A stretch of 64,000 bases of DNA from an uncultured Chlamydiae bacterium (GTDB taxonomy: Bacteria; Chlamydiota; Chlamydiia; Chlamydiales; 2-12-FULL-49-11). Numbering within the stretch: position 1 is the first letter of the stretch; each line of letters opens with the position of its first letter. Positions 63,535 to 64,000 of the stretch are shown in pieces. Below the pieces are notes generated by a model that searched no databases, was not told the origin of the DNA, and worked only from the letters and a program-made list of their open reading frames with translations. Both the position numbers and the translations under genes were made by a program. The stretch spans positions 8,400-72,399 of the forward strand of contig CALKUQ010000018.1 of assembly GCA_937996705.1 (NCBI GenBank). Reading direction: 5' to 3'.

Positions 63535-64000
63535 TTAAAACGAACCGATCACTCCGAAGTAAAGCTGAGGCTCGGCTTTGGAGGAAGAGGCAAACGGAGC
63601 GTCGGTAAGGCGAAAGCCTACATCAAAACGGGCTCGGAGATTTGAAGATATATCGTACCGTATACCTGGCCCTATACCAGCAAGAAAATAGCTTGAGGGT
63701 TGGTTAGACAAACTTTTTAAGATACCCCCAGCACCTAGATCAAGAAAAATAATTCCTGCTAAACGATCATTGATCCTATTTCGGCTCGGGCTAACAAACG
63801 GGGTTCTAAATTCAAGATTAAGAATTCCCCCATTATCAACATTAACTACCCTCTCTACATAACCTCTTACGCTGTTTTCACCACCTAGACCAAAACTTTC
63901 TAAAGGAATAAGAGCTCCAGAAGAGAATTGAACCCTTCCCTTAATAGTAACCATCATACCCGATTTTGGATCAGACCAAACATAGTCCCCTTTCATCCTT
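63535..64000 (-). CDS. Omp85/ShlB-family outer-membrane beta-barrel protein, C-terminal part (continues beyond the window)
   Basis: GGENSVRGY motif, alternating beta-strand pattern and a terminal ...YFGVIGSF (C-terminal Phe). The ORF is open at the right edge. Confidence 0.65.
   Translation of the reverse strand, partial: RMKGDYVWSDPKSGMMVTIKGRVQFSSGALIPLESFGLGGENSVRGYVERVVNVDNGGILNLEFRTPFVSPSRNRINDRLAGIIFLDLGAGGILKSLSNQPSSYFLAGIGPGIRYDISSNLRARFDVGFRLTDAPFASSSKAEPQLYFGVIGSF

Noticed and set aside
1-64000. Search for CRISPR arrays, IS elements/transposases, integrases, prophage genes and rRNA operons
   Set aside because: I saw no array of regularly spaced direct repeats, no DDE or serine/tyrosine recombinase-like ORF, no phage structural genes and no rRNA-like sequence. 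The only notable DNA repeats are the two short in-frame tandem duplications reported above.

Overview
This 64-kb chromosomal window comes from a member of the phylum Chlamydiae. The diagnostic feature is a DNA topoisomerase I with a C-terminal SWIB domain. Other supporting genes are a sigma-66-type rpoD, a compact gspD-E-F-G type II secretion locus, a diheme sdhCAB and tolQRA-tolB-pal. A dedicated murI, MORN-repeat, TPR and vWA giant proteins, and roughly 35-40% G+C point to an 'environmental' chlamydial lineage rather than Chlamydiaceae. Species cannot be assigned without a database search. Gene density is high, many start/stop codons overlap, and most of the window is housekeeping: mutL, ispF, pepF, dnaB, mnmG, sdhCAB, tatD, tol-pal, murI, rsmD, mutY, topA, mreC, aspC, rpoD, rpsT, and two tRNAs (Ser-GCU, Ala-GGC). 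I saw no rRNA, CRISPR array, transposase, integrase or prophage.

The parts that ordinary annotation does not explain are:
1. A set of strikingly GC-rich, S/P/G/A-rich small ORFs with coiled coils and perfect in-frame tandem repeats (1579-2313, 7696-8175, 33562-34311). They look like a lineage-specific secreted or effector-like family.
2. A T2SS operon whose minor pseudopilin has its prepilin motif upstream of the first ATG, with no canonical start codon. This gene is translationally coupled to an 826-aa secreted MORN-repeat protein.
3. An operon of two paralogous TagB/TagF-like glycerophosphotransferases plus a GT2 enzyme, which is unexpected chemistry for a chlamydial envelope.
4. A secreted 942-aa TPR protein paired with a 1145-aa vWA protein.
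5. A pseudo-receiver / degenerate-GGDEF protein.
6. An unlisted 29-aa bS22-like ribosomal protein ORF.
7. Several Inc-like proteins with a bilobed hydrophobic domain, and an operon of orphan genes downstream of mutY.

All functional calls rest on motif recognition by eye. None has been verified by search.
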